Shown: one piece after another, positions 9,187 through 16,997 of the stretch
Layout of the letters: every line of letters starts with the position of its first letter
Numbering within the stretch: the stretch's first letter is position 1
NCBI GenBank assembly: GCA_963849495.1
Contig: CAWKHN010000012.1
Location: 21,906-85,905, forward strand
From: an uncultured Chloroflexia bacterium
GTDB taxonomy: Bacteria; Chloroflexota; Limnocylindria; Limnocylindrales; CSP1-4
Length of the DNA stretch: 64,000 nucleotides
Direction of reading: 5' to 3'
Position numbers and translations under genes: made by a program
Notes under the pieces: model-generated
Told to the model about the DNA's origin: nothing
What the model saw: the letters and a program-made list of their open reading frames with translations, nothing else
Database searches by the model: none

Positions 9187-10412
9187 TGGGCGCGACCGAC
9201 AGCCGGAGCGGCGCACGGGCGGAGGCCCGGCTTGGGCGCCTCCCGACGGCGGCTCTCTGGGCAGTGATCCTTGTCCTCGCCACGGGGGGCCTGGCCAACG
9301 TCCTGCTGCCGGAGACTTCAACTCAGAACACCGACGCGATCGCCTTCGTGCTCTCGGCGGTGATCACGCTGCTGTTCGGTAGCGTCGGCTCGCTCGTCGT
9401 CAGCCGGCAGCCGGCCAACGCTGTCGGCTGGTTGCTGTGGCTCGTGGGCGTCCTCATCGGCCTGAGCATGGCATCGACCGCGTTCACGGCGTGGAGCCTG
9501 AGCGCGTTCGATGCGCAGCTGCCCGGGACGGTAGTCGCCGCCTGGATCACCCAGTGGACGTTCAGCCCGACCCTGGTCATCACCCTGCTATTCCTGCCCC
9601 TCCTCTTCCCCGACGGCCGGCTTCCGTCGCGGCGCTGGCGCTGGGCGCTCGGGTTCGCCACCCTGGCCGCCGTCGCCGCCGGCCTGCCAGACATGCTCCA
9701 ACCCGGCCCGCTCGAGCCGACGGGGATCCCAAATCCGACCGGTTGGTCGGGTAGCCCCTCACTGCTGGACGCGCTGCGGGCCTTCAACTCGATCAGCCCG
9801 ATCCCCGCGTTCCCGGTCGTGGTCGCGTCCGCCGTCGTCCGCTTCCGGCACGGCAGCGCCATCGAGCGCCAGCAGCTCAAGTGGTTCGGGGCCACGGTCG
9901 CGCTCGCGCTGATCTCGCTCGCCGTGGCGGTGATCGCCCCCGACCCGATCGGGTACGCCGGCTTCTTCGGGGCGATGGTCGCTGTCGCCCTCCTGCCGGT
10001 CGCGATCGGGATCGCCATCCTGCGCTACCGCCTGTATGCGATCGACCGCCTCATCAGCCGGTCGATCTCGTGGGCCATCGTCAGCGTGAGCCTCACCGCC
10101 ATCTTCGTCACCGTGCTCGTCGCGCTCCAGGCGGCCCTCGCCGGGGTCACCCAGGGCGGCACCCTCGCGGTCGCCGCCTCCACCCTCGCGTCGTTCGCGC
10201 TGTTCCAGCCGTTGCGACAGCGGGTCCAGGAGATCCTCGACCGGCGCTTTGATCGTGCTCGCTACGACAGCCATCGACTCGCAGACGCCTTCGCCGAGCG
10301 CCTGCGGGACGAGGTCGACCTTGCCGAGATCTGCGACCAGATGCTCGCGACCGTGGCGACGGCCGTCCGTCCTGAGCACGGGTCGGTCTGGCTGAGAGGA
10401 GGTGGCACATGA
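9186..10412 (+). CDS. Multi-pass membrane sensor-like protein, array member 1 (ends in an N-terminal GAF fragment)
   Basis: About 9-10 hydrophobic segments. Motifs RQPANAVGW, LFPDGRLPSRRWR, ERQQLKWF, ILRYRLYAIDR and FQPLRQRVQ...DRRFDR...RLRDEVDL...VRPEHGSVWLR. Confidence 0.9.
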   Translation: MGATDSRSGARAEARLGRLPTAALWAVILVLATGGLANVLLPETSTQNTDAIAFVLSAVITLLFGSVGSLVVSRQPANAVGWLLWLVGVLIGLSMASTAFTAWSLSAFDAQLPGTVVAAWITQWTFSPTLVITLLFLPLLFPDGRLPSRRWRWALGFATLAAVAAGLPDMLQPGPLEPTGIPNPTGWSGSPSLLDALRAFNSISPIPAFPVVVASAVVRFRHGSAIERQQLKWFGATVALALISLAVAVIAPDPIGYAGFFGAMVAVALLPVAIGIAILRYRLYAIDRLISRSISWAIVSVSLTAIFVTVLVALQAALAGVTQGGTLAVAASTLASFALFQPLRQRVQEILDRRFDRARYDSHRLADAFAERLRDEVDLAEICDQMLATVATAVRPEHGSVWLRGGGT

Positions 10413-10602
10413 CCGCGCCCGCACGCAACGGGCGATCGAGTGGTTCGGGCGCGTGACCCAGCCCGACGCCGTCACCGCGCCTCGCCCGCTGCGGTCGCCC
10501 GCCCCTCTCGGCGCCCCGCTCGCGGCACTCGCCTTCCCGGTGCTCGGATGGCGCCCGTGAGGCCCCGTGCCGCCCATCGGCGAGCCGCCGGGCGGCTCCT
10601 GC

Positions 10603-10635
10603 CGTAACGTTCCCGGAACGGAGGTTTCAGAGGAT
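10603..10635 (+). promoter_or_regulatory. Direct-repeat activator box plus -10 (site 2): CGTAACG-ttccc-GGAACG ... GAGGAT
   Basis: TAACG and GAACG at 11-bp period, GAGGAT at offset 27-32, and the in-frame GTG start at offset 39. Confidence 0.65.
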
Positions 10636-10641
10636 CACCTG

Positions 10642-11952
10642 GTGAGCCAGAGCGTCCCAAGCCCCAGGCCACTCGATCCGGAGGATCGTGGCCGTGCGCC
10701 GCTCGCAAAGCCGCCCGACGGTCCTGCCGCGGTCGGCCGCGTGTCCGCGCGCACGTGGCTCGCCGGGATCGCCTGGGCCGCCTCCGCCGCGCTCGGCGGC
10801 CTCGGCATCGCCTTGCTTGCCGCGACATGGTCGACCAATGTCCCGGGCGTGTGGGGAGTTCGCGGCTTCTCGATTGCGCTCGGGCTCGCGTCGGCATCGA
10901 TCGGCGTCGTCGTGGTCGTCCGGGTGTCCGGCAATCCGATCGGTTGGCTGTTCATGACCAGCGGCCTCCTGGGCGCACTCCAAGGCTTCTGCGTGCAATA
11001 TGCGGTTGCCGGGTTGCTCGCTGCGCCGGGCAGCCTGCCCGGCCCGGAGCTGGCGGCCTGGGTGGGGGGCTGGGCCTGGATCCCCGCCATGAGCGCCATG
11101 GGGGCGTTCCTGCCGTTGGTCTTCCCGTCCGGAAGCCTGCCGTCGCCCCGCTGGCGACCCTTGGTCGCGTTCGGTGCGGTGTGCGCGAGCCTCGCCACCC
11201 TGGGCGCCATGCTCCTGCCCGGTCGGCTCGACAACTCCGCGTACCTGGACAATCCGTACGCCGTCGTCACCGGGTTCCCGGGTCAGGCGCGCTGGATCGC
11301 TTACCTGCCGCTGATCATGGCCATCGTGGTGGGCGGCGTCACGCTGGCCGTAACGTTCCGCCGATCCACCGGCGAGCGACGCCAACAGCTGAAGTGGCTC
11401 GCGTTCTCGGCCGCCATCGCCGCGGCGGCCCTGGCCCTGGTCCCGATCGGCCAGGCCGGGATCGGCGTCCTGCCCGCCTGGGCATCGAGGGGGACTGAGA
11501 TCCTGGTGGTGCTCGGTCTGCTGGGCATACCCGTCTCGGCCGGGGTCGCCGTGCTCCGCTACCGGTTGTGGGAGATCGACCGGATCGTCAGCCGAACCAT
11601 CAGCTACCTGATCGTCAGCGCCGTGCTCGCCGCTCTGTTCGCTGCCACCGTCGTTGGGCTCCAGGAGCTGCTGAGCCCGGTGACCGGGCAGAGCACGGTC
11701 GCGGTGGCAGCCGCCACGCTGCTCGCCTTCACGGTGTTCCAGCCGCTGCGTCGCCGCGTCCAGCTCACGGTTGATCGTCGCTTCAATCGGGCGCGCGTGG
11801 ATGCCCAGCGCGTCCTCGACGGGTTCGCCGCCGGGCTGCGCGACGACACGGAGCTCGACTCCCTCAACGATCACCTCGAAATGGTCGTCGCGCGATCGAT
11901 GCAGCCGCGGGCAGTCGGCATCTGGACACGGCAGGGAGGGACGGCACGGTGA
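10642..11952 (+). CDS. Multi-pass membrane sensor-like protein, array member 2
   Basis: GNPIGWLF, FPSGSLPSPRWR, RRQQLKWL, VLRYRLWEIDR and FQPLRRRVQ...MQPRAVGIWTR. GTG start 6 nt after the -10. Confidence 0.9.
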   Translation: MSQSVPSPRPLDPEDRGRAPLAKPPDGPAAVGRVSARTWLAGIAWAASAALGGLGIALLAATWSTNVPGVWGVRGFSIALGLASASIGVVVVVRVSGNPIGWLFMTSGLLGALQGFCVQYAVAGLLAAPGSLPGPELAAWVGGWAWIPAMSAMGAFLPLVFPSGSLPSPRWRPLVAFGAVCASLATLGAMLLPGRLDNSAYLDNPYAVVTGFPGQARWIAYLPLIMAIVVGGVTLAVTFRRSTGERRQQLKWLAFSAAIAAAALALVPIGQAGIGVLPAWASRGTEILVVLGLLGIPVSAGVAVLRYRLWEIDRIVSRTISYLIVSAVLAALFAATVVGLQELLSPVTGQSTVAVAAATLLAFTVFQPLRRRVQLTVDRRFNRARVDAQRVLDGFAAGLRDDTELDSLNDHLEMVVARSMQPRAVGIWTRQGGTAR

Positions 11953-12062
11953 CAGTCGTCGACCTCGACGCCGTCCGGGCGGGACTGGTGGGCGCCGTCG
12001 ATGAGATCCTGAACCCGACGGACCTGAGGTTATGGCTCCGGATGGACGGCGGAGGCCGATGA
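11949..12062 (+). CDS. 37-aa microprotein made only of the array C-terminal tail (MTVVDLDAVRAGLVGAVDEILNPTDLRLWLRMDGGGR)
   Basis: Not in the ORF track. GGAGGG RBS, GTGA overlap with the member-2 stop and ATGA overlap with the member-3 start. Matches the VDL...V...P....WLR tail. Confidence 0.7.
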   Translation: MTVVDLDAVRAGLVGAVDEILNPTDLRLWLRMDGGGR

Positions 12063-13285
12063 TGAGGATCCGCCCCGGGCTCGCGGCGCATGCCCTGGCT
12101 GTTGGCGCGCTGCCGCTCGACGTCGGATTCCTGCTGCTCCTCCTGCCGGCCCCGGCTGAGGAGCTGGCGCAGCTCGGCACGACCTCGGCCGGCGGGTTCG
12201 TGCTGGGGGCCACATTTCCGATCGTCGGCTGGATGGTCGCCTCGAAGCGGCCGGGCAACCCGATGGGCTGGATCTTCCTGGGCGTCGGGCTGTCGCAGGC
12301 GCTCGACACGTTCGCATCGCAGTACGCGATCGTCGGCCTGCAGACCGCGCCCGGATCGCTGCCTGCCGCCGATGTCATGTCCTGGATCGCCAGCTGGGTG
12401 TGGGCACCGGGCTTCGCCTTGCTCCTGACCGCGACGGTGCTCCTGTTCCCCGACGGGCGTCCACCGTCGCCCCGCTGGCGGCCCGTGCTGTGGGCCGGGG
12501 CCCTGGCCGTCGTCCTCCTGGCCATACCGATCGCGATCATCGCCTGGCCCAGCCGGGGCGTCGCCCTGCTAGGCCCCGGGCCCGGCCCGTCCGACGTGGT
12601 GGCTGGCGATCCGGTCGCCACTGCCGTGCTCGGTTTCCTCGGTGCGCTCACGAATGTCGGGCTGCTGTTGCTGCTCGCGTCGGGTGCCTGCTCGGTTGCC
12701 GGGCTCATCATCCGCTTCCGGCGTTCCGCGGGCGTCGAGCGAGCGCAGCTCACATGGTTCGCGGCGGCCGGTGTCGTCGAGATCGCGCTGATCGTGGCAT
12801 CAACGCTCGAGATCCTCCCGTGGCCGCAGTTGAACACGGCGCTCGCGATCGCCGTGTCACCGCTGCTCCCGGTGGCCGCGGCGATCGCGATCCTCCGTTA
12901 CCGGCTGTACGAGATCGACCGGATCGTCAGTCGGACGATCGGCTACCTGCTCGTGTCGGGCCTGCTCGCGGCGATGTTCGCCCTCCTGGCGGTCACGCTG
13001 CAGGGGCTGCTGGCGCCGTTCACGGAGCGCAACGGCCTGGCGGTCGCCGGATCGACGCTCGCGGTGGCAGCCCTGTTCCAGCCGGTACGCCGCCGGATCC
13101 AGCGGGCCGTGGATCGCCGCTTCAATCGCGCACGAGTGGATGCCGAACGGATCGAGGGCGAACTTACCAACCGCATCCGCGACCAGGTCGATGCCGGCGC
13201 CGTTGTCGGCCTGCTCGTCACGTCCGTCGAGCAGACGGTGCAACCGGCGTTCAGCACAGTCTGGATCCGGGAGCGGGCTCGGTGA
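12059..13285 (+). CDS. Multi-pass membrane sensor-like protein, array member 3
   Basis: RPGNPMGWIF, LFPDGRPPSPRWR, ERAQLTWF, ILRYRLYEIDR and ...VQPAFSTVWIR. Confidence 0.9.
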   Translation: MMRIRPGLAAHALAVGALPLDVGFLLLLLPAPAEELAQLGTTSAGGFVLGATFPIVGWMVASKRPGNPMGWIFLGVGLSQALDTFASQYAIVGLQTAPGSLPAADVMSWIASWVWAPGFALLLTATVLLFPDGRPPSPRWRPVLWAGALAVVLLAIPIAIIAWPSRGVALLGPGPGPSDVVAGDPVATAVLGFLGALTNVGLLLLLASGACSVAGLIIRFRRSAGVERAQLTWFAAAGVVEIALIVASTLEILPWPQLNTALAIAVSPLLPVAAAIAILRYRLYEIDRIVSRTIGYLLVSGLLAAMFALLAVTLQGLLAPFTERNGLAVAGSTLAVAALFQPVRRRIQRAVDRRFNRARVDAERIEGELTNRIRDQVDAGAVVGLLVTSVEQTVQPAFSTVWIRERAR

Positions 13286-14559
13286 CCGGTCCTGCCGGCG
13301 CGCAGCTCCAGTCGCCGACGCCTCCCAAGTTCGATCCAGCGCAACGAGGCGCAATGTCCAGTCAACGGCCGAGAGCGGGCGGCCATCCCTCGAGCCCGGT
13401 TGCGGCGGTCCTCGCTGCGGCCCTCACTGTTGGCGTCGGGACGGCCGCGATCGCGTTCCTGCTGATCCCGGCCCGCGCTGGCATCCAGGGGACCGGGCTC
13501 TCCCCCGACGTGGCAATGACGGCAATGTTCGTCCTGGTGACGCCGGTCCTCGGCGCGTTGCTGGCGGTCCGCCAGCCTGGCAACCGCATCGGCTGGCTGT
13601 TCATTGCGGTCACCTTCTTCTTCGTGATCGGATTCCTGGGCGACGGGGTTGCGCGGCACGCGGCGCCGACGCCGTTGATCGCGTCGTTCGCGGTAATCAG
13701 CAACGCGCTCGGCTACTTCGCGTTCGCCCTGCTGTTCGTGATCTTCCAGGTGTTCCCGACCGGACAGGTCCTTCCCGGTTGGGGCTGGCTGCCCGTGGGC
13801 GTGATCGCCGGCTCGGCGATGCAGGCGATCACCGGCCTGGTCGGCCCGCTGTCCTTGGTGCCGCCGATCCCAGACCTCTCGAACCCGCTGGTGCAGCCTG
13901 CCTGGCAACCGGCGCTCGACGCGATCGACCTCGTCACCGGCCTCGTGTTGGTCGTGGTGGCGGTCGGCACCATCGTCGCGCTCGCGATCCGATTCCGACG
14001 TGCCAAAGGGGTCGAGCGCCAGCAGATCAAGTGGTTCGCGTGGGCCGGGATGCTCACGGTCGGCCTGCTGGCAGCGAGCCTGCTCAGCAGTCCGTGGGGT
14101 CCAGTCTCGGGCGCGCTGTGGGCGCTCGCCCTGGCGAGTCTCGTCCTGATTCCGGTCGCCACGACCGCAGCGATCCTGCGCTACCGGCTGTGGGACATCG
14201 ACCGGATCGTCAGCCGCACCCTGTCGTACGCGATGGTGAGCGCTCTCCTGGCGACGGTCTTCGCGGCGCTCGTGCTCGGGCTTCAGGAGCTGCTGGCGTC
14301 GGTCACGGGTGCGGGCACGATCTCGATCGCCGCTTCGACCCTGGCCGTGTTTACGCTGTTCCAGCCAGCGCGGCGGCGGGTCCAGCGCATGGTCGACCGG
14401 CGGTTCGACCGCAGTCACTACGACGCCGAGCTGGCCCTGGCCCGTCTTGCCGCCCGCCTGCGGAGCGAGACCAGCTTCGACCTCGTTGGCCTCGAGGTCG
14501 AGGCTGCCATCCGTCACGCCCTGGCGCCCTCGCGGGTGGCCGTCTGGACGCGTCGATGA
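13282..14559 (+). CDS. Multi-pass membrane sensor-like protein, array member 4
   Basis: GTGA overlap (alternative ATG at 13354). RQPGNRIGWLF, FPTG, ERQQIKWF, ILRYRLWDIDR and ...LAPSRVAVWTRR. Confidence 0.9.
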   Translation: MTGPAGAQLQSPTPPKFDPAQRGAMSSQRPRAGGHPSSPVAAVLAAALTVGVGTAAIAFLLIPARAGIQGTGLSPDVAMTAMFVLVTPVLGALLAVRQPGNRIGWLFIAVTFFFVIGFLGDGVARHAAPTPLIASFAVISNALGYFAFALLFVIFQVFPTGQVLPGWGWLPVGVIAGSAMQAITGLVGPLSLVPPIPDLSNPLVQPAWQPALDAIDLVTGLVLVVVAVGTIVALAIRFRRAKGVERQQIKWFAWAGMLTVGLLAASLLSSPWGPVSGALWALALASLVLIPVATTAAILRYRLWDIDRIVSRTLSYAMVSALLATVFAALVLGLQELLASVTGAGTISIAASTLAVFTLFQPARRRVQRMVDRRFDRSHYDAELALARLAARLRSETSFDLVGLEVEAAIRHALAPSRVAVWTRR

Positions 14560-15767
14560 GGCCGGCTGGACGCCGCCCGCGGCTGCGGTTGGCGATCATC
14601 CTCGGGGTCGCGGCGGTCGCGCTCGCGTTCGTCGCCGTGGGGGTCCCGATGGGGATCGCGACACTCGATCAGTACGGGCCGACCGGGCCACTGTTCATCG
14701 TCATCTTCCCGGCGATCGTGCTGTCGCTCACGTTGGTCGGCGCATTCGTGGCGGCTCGCGTGGCCAACCCGGTCGGCTGGCTGCTGGAGCTGTCCGGGCT
14801 CGCTGCCGCGGTCGGCATCTTCGGCGGGACGTACGTGAACTACGACCACGACACGGCGGCCGGACTGCCGCTGGTGGTCCCGCTTGCCTGGCTGTCGAGC
14901 TGGACGCTCCTGCCCGCGATCGGGATGCTCCTGGTCTATGTCCCAATGCTGTTTCCGAGCGGCCAATTCCTGGGACCCCGGTGGCGGGCGCTGGGCCTGA
15001 TCGGCCTGCTGGGCGTCGCCGGGACGATCGCATCCGGCTTCACGCCGGGTCCGTTGTCGAGCACCCCGTGGATCCAGAACCCGGTCGGGATCCCGGGCGC
15101 GGGGGACGCGCTGGCGGTGGTCTCGACCCTGTCCAACCTTGCCACGCCATTCGTGTTCGGGGGTGCCGTGATCAGTGTCTTCGTTCGCTACCGGCGGGCG
15201 GACACGGTCGAGCGCCAGCAGCTCAAGTGGTTCGGCCTCGTGGCCGGCATCGCGGTGGTGGCCTTCGTCGTCTCCATCCCCAACAACGGGCCGGTCTCGG
15301 ACATCGCCTGGGAGGTCGGCCTCGTCACGCTGGTGCTGCTGCCGGTGGCGATCGGGATCGCGATCCTCCGCTACCGCCTGTGGGACATCGACCGGATCGT
15401 CAGCCGGACGATCGCTTGGGTCGTGATCACCACGATCCTGGCGGCCGTGTTCGCCGGCCTGATCGTGGGCCTGCAGGCGGCGCTGGCACCCGTGACCGCG
15501 AGCAACTCGCTCGCCGTGGCAGCCTCCACGCTGGCTGCGGCCGCCCTGTTCCAGCCCCTTCGCCGCCGGGTTCAGACGGCTGTCGATCGCCGGTTCAATC
15601 GGAGTCGCTACGATGCCGAGCGCACGGTCGGCAGCTTCGCCGAGCACCTCCGGGGCGTCACCGATCTGGCCGAGATCAGCGACGGCGCGGTCGCGGCGGT
15701 CGTTCGGTCGCTCAGCCCGAACGGTGCCGCGGTCTGGATCCGATCACACGGGGAGGGGGACGCATGA
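14556..15767 (+). CDS. Multi-pass membrane sensor-like protein, array member 5
   Basis: ATGA overlap. NPVGWLL, LFPSGQFLGPRWR, ERQQLKWF, ILRYRLWDIDR and ...LSPNGAAVWIR. Confidence 0.9.
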   Translation: MRPAGRRPRLRLAIILGVAAVALAFVAVGVPMGIATLDQYGPTGPLFIVIFPAIVLSLTLVGAFVAARVANPVGWLLELSGLAAAVGIFGGTYVNYDHDTAAGLPLVVPLAWLSSWTLLPAIGMLLVYVPMLFPSGQFLGPRWRALGLIGLLGVAGTIASGFTPGPLSSTPWIQNPVGIPGAGDALAVVSTLSNLATPFVFGGAVISVFVRYRRADTVERQQLKWFGLVAGIAVVAFVVSIPNNGPVSDIAWEVGLVTLVLLPVAIGIAILRYRLWDIDRIVSRTIAWVVITTILAAVFAGLIVGLQAALAPVTASNSLAVAASTLAAAALFQPLRRRVQTAVDRRFNRSRYDAERTVGSFAEHLRGVTDLAEISDGAVAAVVRSLSPNGAAVWIRSHGEGDA

Positions 15768-16963
15768 CGCTCCTGCGGAGCCGGCCGATGCGCGCGATCC
15801 CGTATCTCGCCGTTGCGACCCTGACCGGCGGCCTCTCGGCCTGGTTCAACCAGGACTGGTCGGGGTGGTTGATCGTCATCTCGTTCTCCGCCGTCGGCAT
15901 GTTCCTGCTCTGGCGGCGCCCCCGGGAGATCGTCGCCTGGCTCCTGGTCGGAGCCGCGATCCTGTTCCCGTGGGTTGGCAGCAGCCTGCCGGGCTCGGCA
16001 TCGCAGGTCGTCGACGGCAACGCCGAGCCGGTGGTCACGCTGTTCGCCTGGCTCAACTCCTGGTGCAGCAGCCTGTTCTTCGGGGCCTTCGTCGCGCTCG
16101 CGGCGCTGTTTCCGGCCGGCCGCTTCCCGGCGGGACGGCTTGGGATCGCCAGCCGCATCGCCGTCGCGACACCGATCGCGTTCGCCGTCGTGCTCGCGTT
16201 CGCCCCAAGCGTCACGATCACGTTCGTCGACGGGACCGCGGCGGCGGTCGGCCTGCCGCTCGCCATCTTCCCGGACTGGCCTGGTTGGGCGGTTCTCCAG
16301 GTCGGGGTCTACTTCGCCGTGCTCACGGCTCTCGCGGTCTCCGTTGTGACCCTGATCGTCCGATTCCGGCGAGCCCGCGGTTCGGAACGCGCCCAGCACA
16401 AGTGGCTGCTGGCGGCCCTGGCCGCGACCCTGGGCTCGGTGATCTTCGCCTTCGCGATGATCCTCCTGGTCGATCCCGTCGGCACCTGGATGTGGGTGGC
16501 AGCCGTGGTTGCCTATCCCACGATCCCGATCGCGATCGGGATCGCGATCCGCCGCTACCACCTGTACGACATCGACCGCGTCGTCAGCCGGACCATCGCC
16601 TATCTCGTCGTGACCGGGCTGCTCCTCGTCATCTTCGGCGGGCTCGTCGTCAGCCTCCAGGCGGCTCTTGCCGGGCTTACCCAGGGACAGACCCTCGCGG
16701 TCGCAGCCTCGACCCTGGCTGCCCTCGCCCTGTTCCAGCCGCTGCACCGTCGTGTGCAGGCGACCGTGGACCGTCGGTTCGATCGGACGAGCGTGGATGC
16801 GCAGCGAACCATTGACGGCTTTGCCGGGCAGCTTCGAGACGAGGTCGATCTCGCGACGCTGCGCGGCGTCCTGGTCGCGACCGCGGATTCGGCCGTCCGC
16901 CCGGACGGGGTGGCCCTCTGGGTTCGTAACGTCTCGAAGGCTCGATCATCCGTGGTTTCGTAA
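15764..16963 (+). CDS. Multi-pass membrane sensor-like protein, array member 6
   Basis: ATGA overlap with GGAGGGGG RBS. LFPAGRFP, ERAQHKWL, IRRYHLYDIDR and QLRDEVDL...VRPDGVALWVR. Confidence 0.9.
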   Translation: MTLLRSRPMRAIPYLAVATLTGGLSAWFNQDWSGWLIVISFSAVGMFLLWRRPREIVAWLLVGAAILFPWVGSSLPGSASQVVDGNAEPVVTLFAWLNSWCSSLFFGAFVALAALFPAGRFPAGRLGIASRIAVATPIAFAVVLAFAPSVTITFVDGTAAAVGLPLAIFPDWPGWAVLQVGVYFAVLTALAVSVVTLIVRFRRARGSERAQHKWLLAALAATLGSVIFAFAMILLVDPVGTWMWVAAVVAYPTIPIAIGIAIRRYHLYDIDRVVSRTIAYLVVTGLLLVIFGGLVVSLQAALAGLTQGQTLAVAASTLAALALFQPLHRRVQATVDRRFDRTSVDAQRTIDGFAGQLRDEVDLATLRGVLVATADSAVRPDGVALWVRNVSKARSSVVS

Positions 16964-16991
16964 CGATGTCCGGACACGCACGCATGAGGAT
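16959..16991 (+). promoter_or_regulatory. Direct-repeat activator box plus -10 (site 3): CGTAACG-atgtc-CGGACA ... GAGGAT
   Basis: GAGGAT at offset 27-32 and ATG at offset 39, as at site 2. An extra CGTAACG lies at 16925. The TAA stop of member 6 lies inside the motif. Confidence 0.65.
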
Positions 16992-16997
16992 CTGGTC

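Noticed and set aside
11349-11360. CGTAACGTTCCG inside member 2
   Set aside because: Lacks the second half-site, the -10 and the start-codon geometry of the three promoter sites.
12400-16963. Track ORFs of 719, 875 and 884 aa suggesting long receptor fusions
   Set aside because: Their N-terminal halves are off-frame readings of the preceding gene. The real starts are the overlap codons at 13282, 14556 and 15764.
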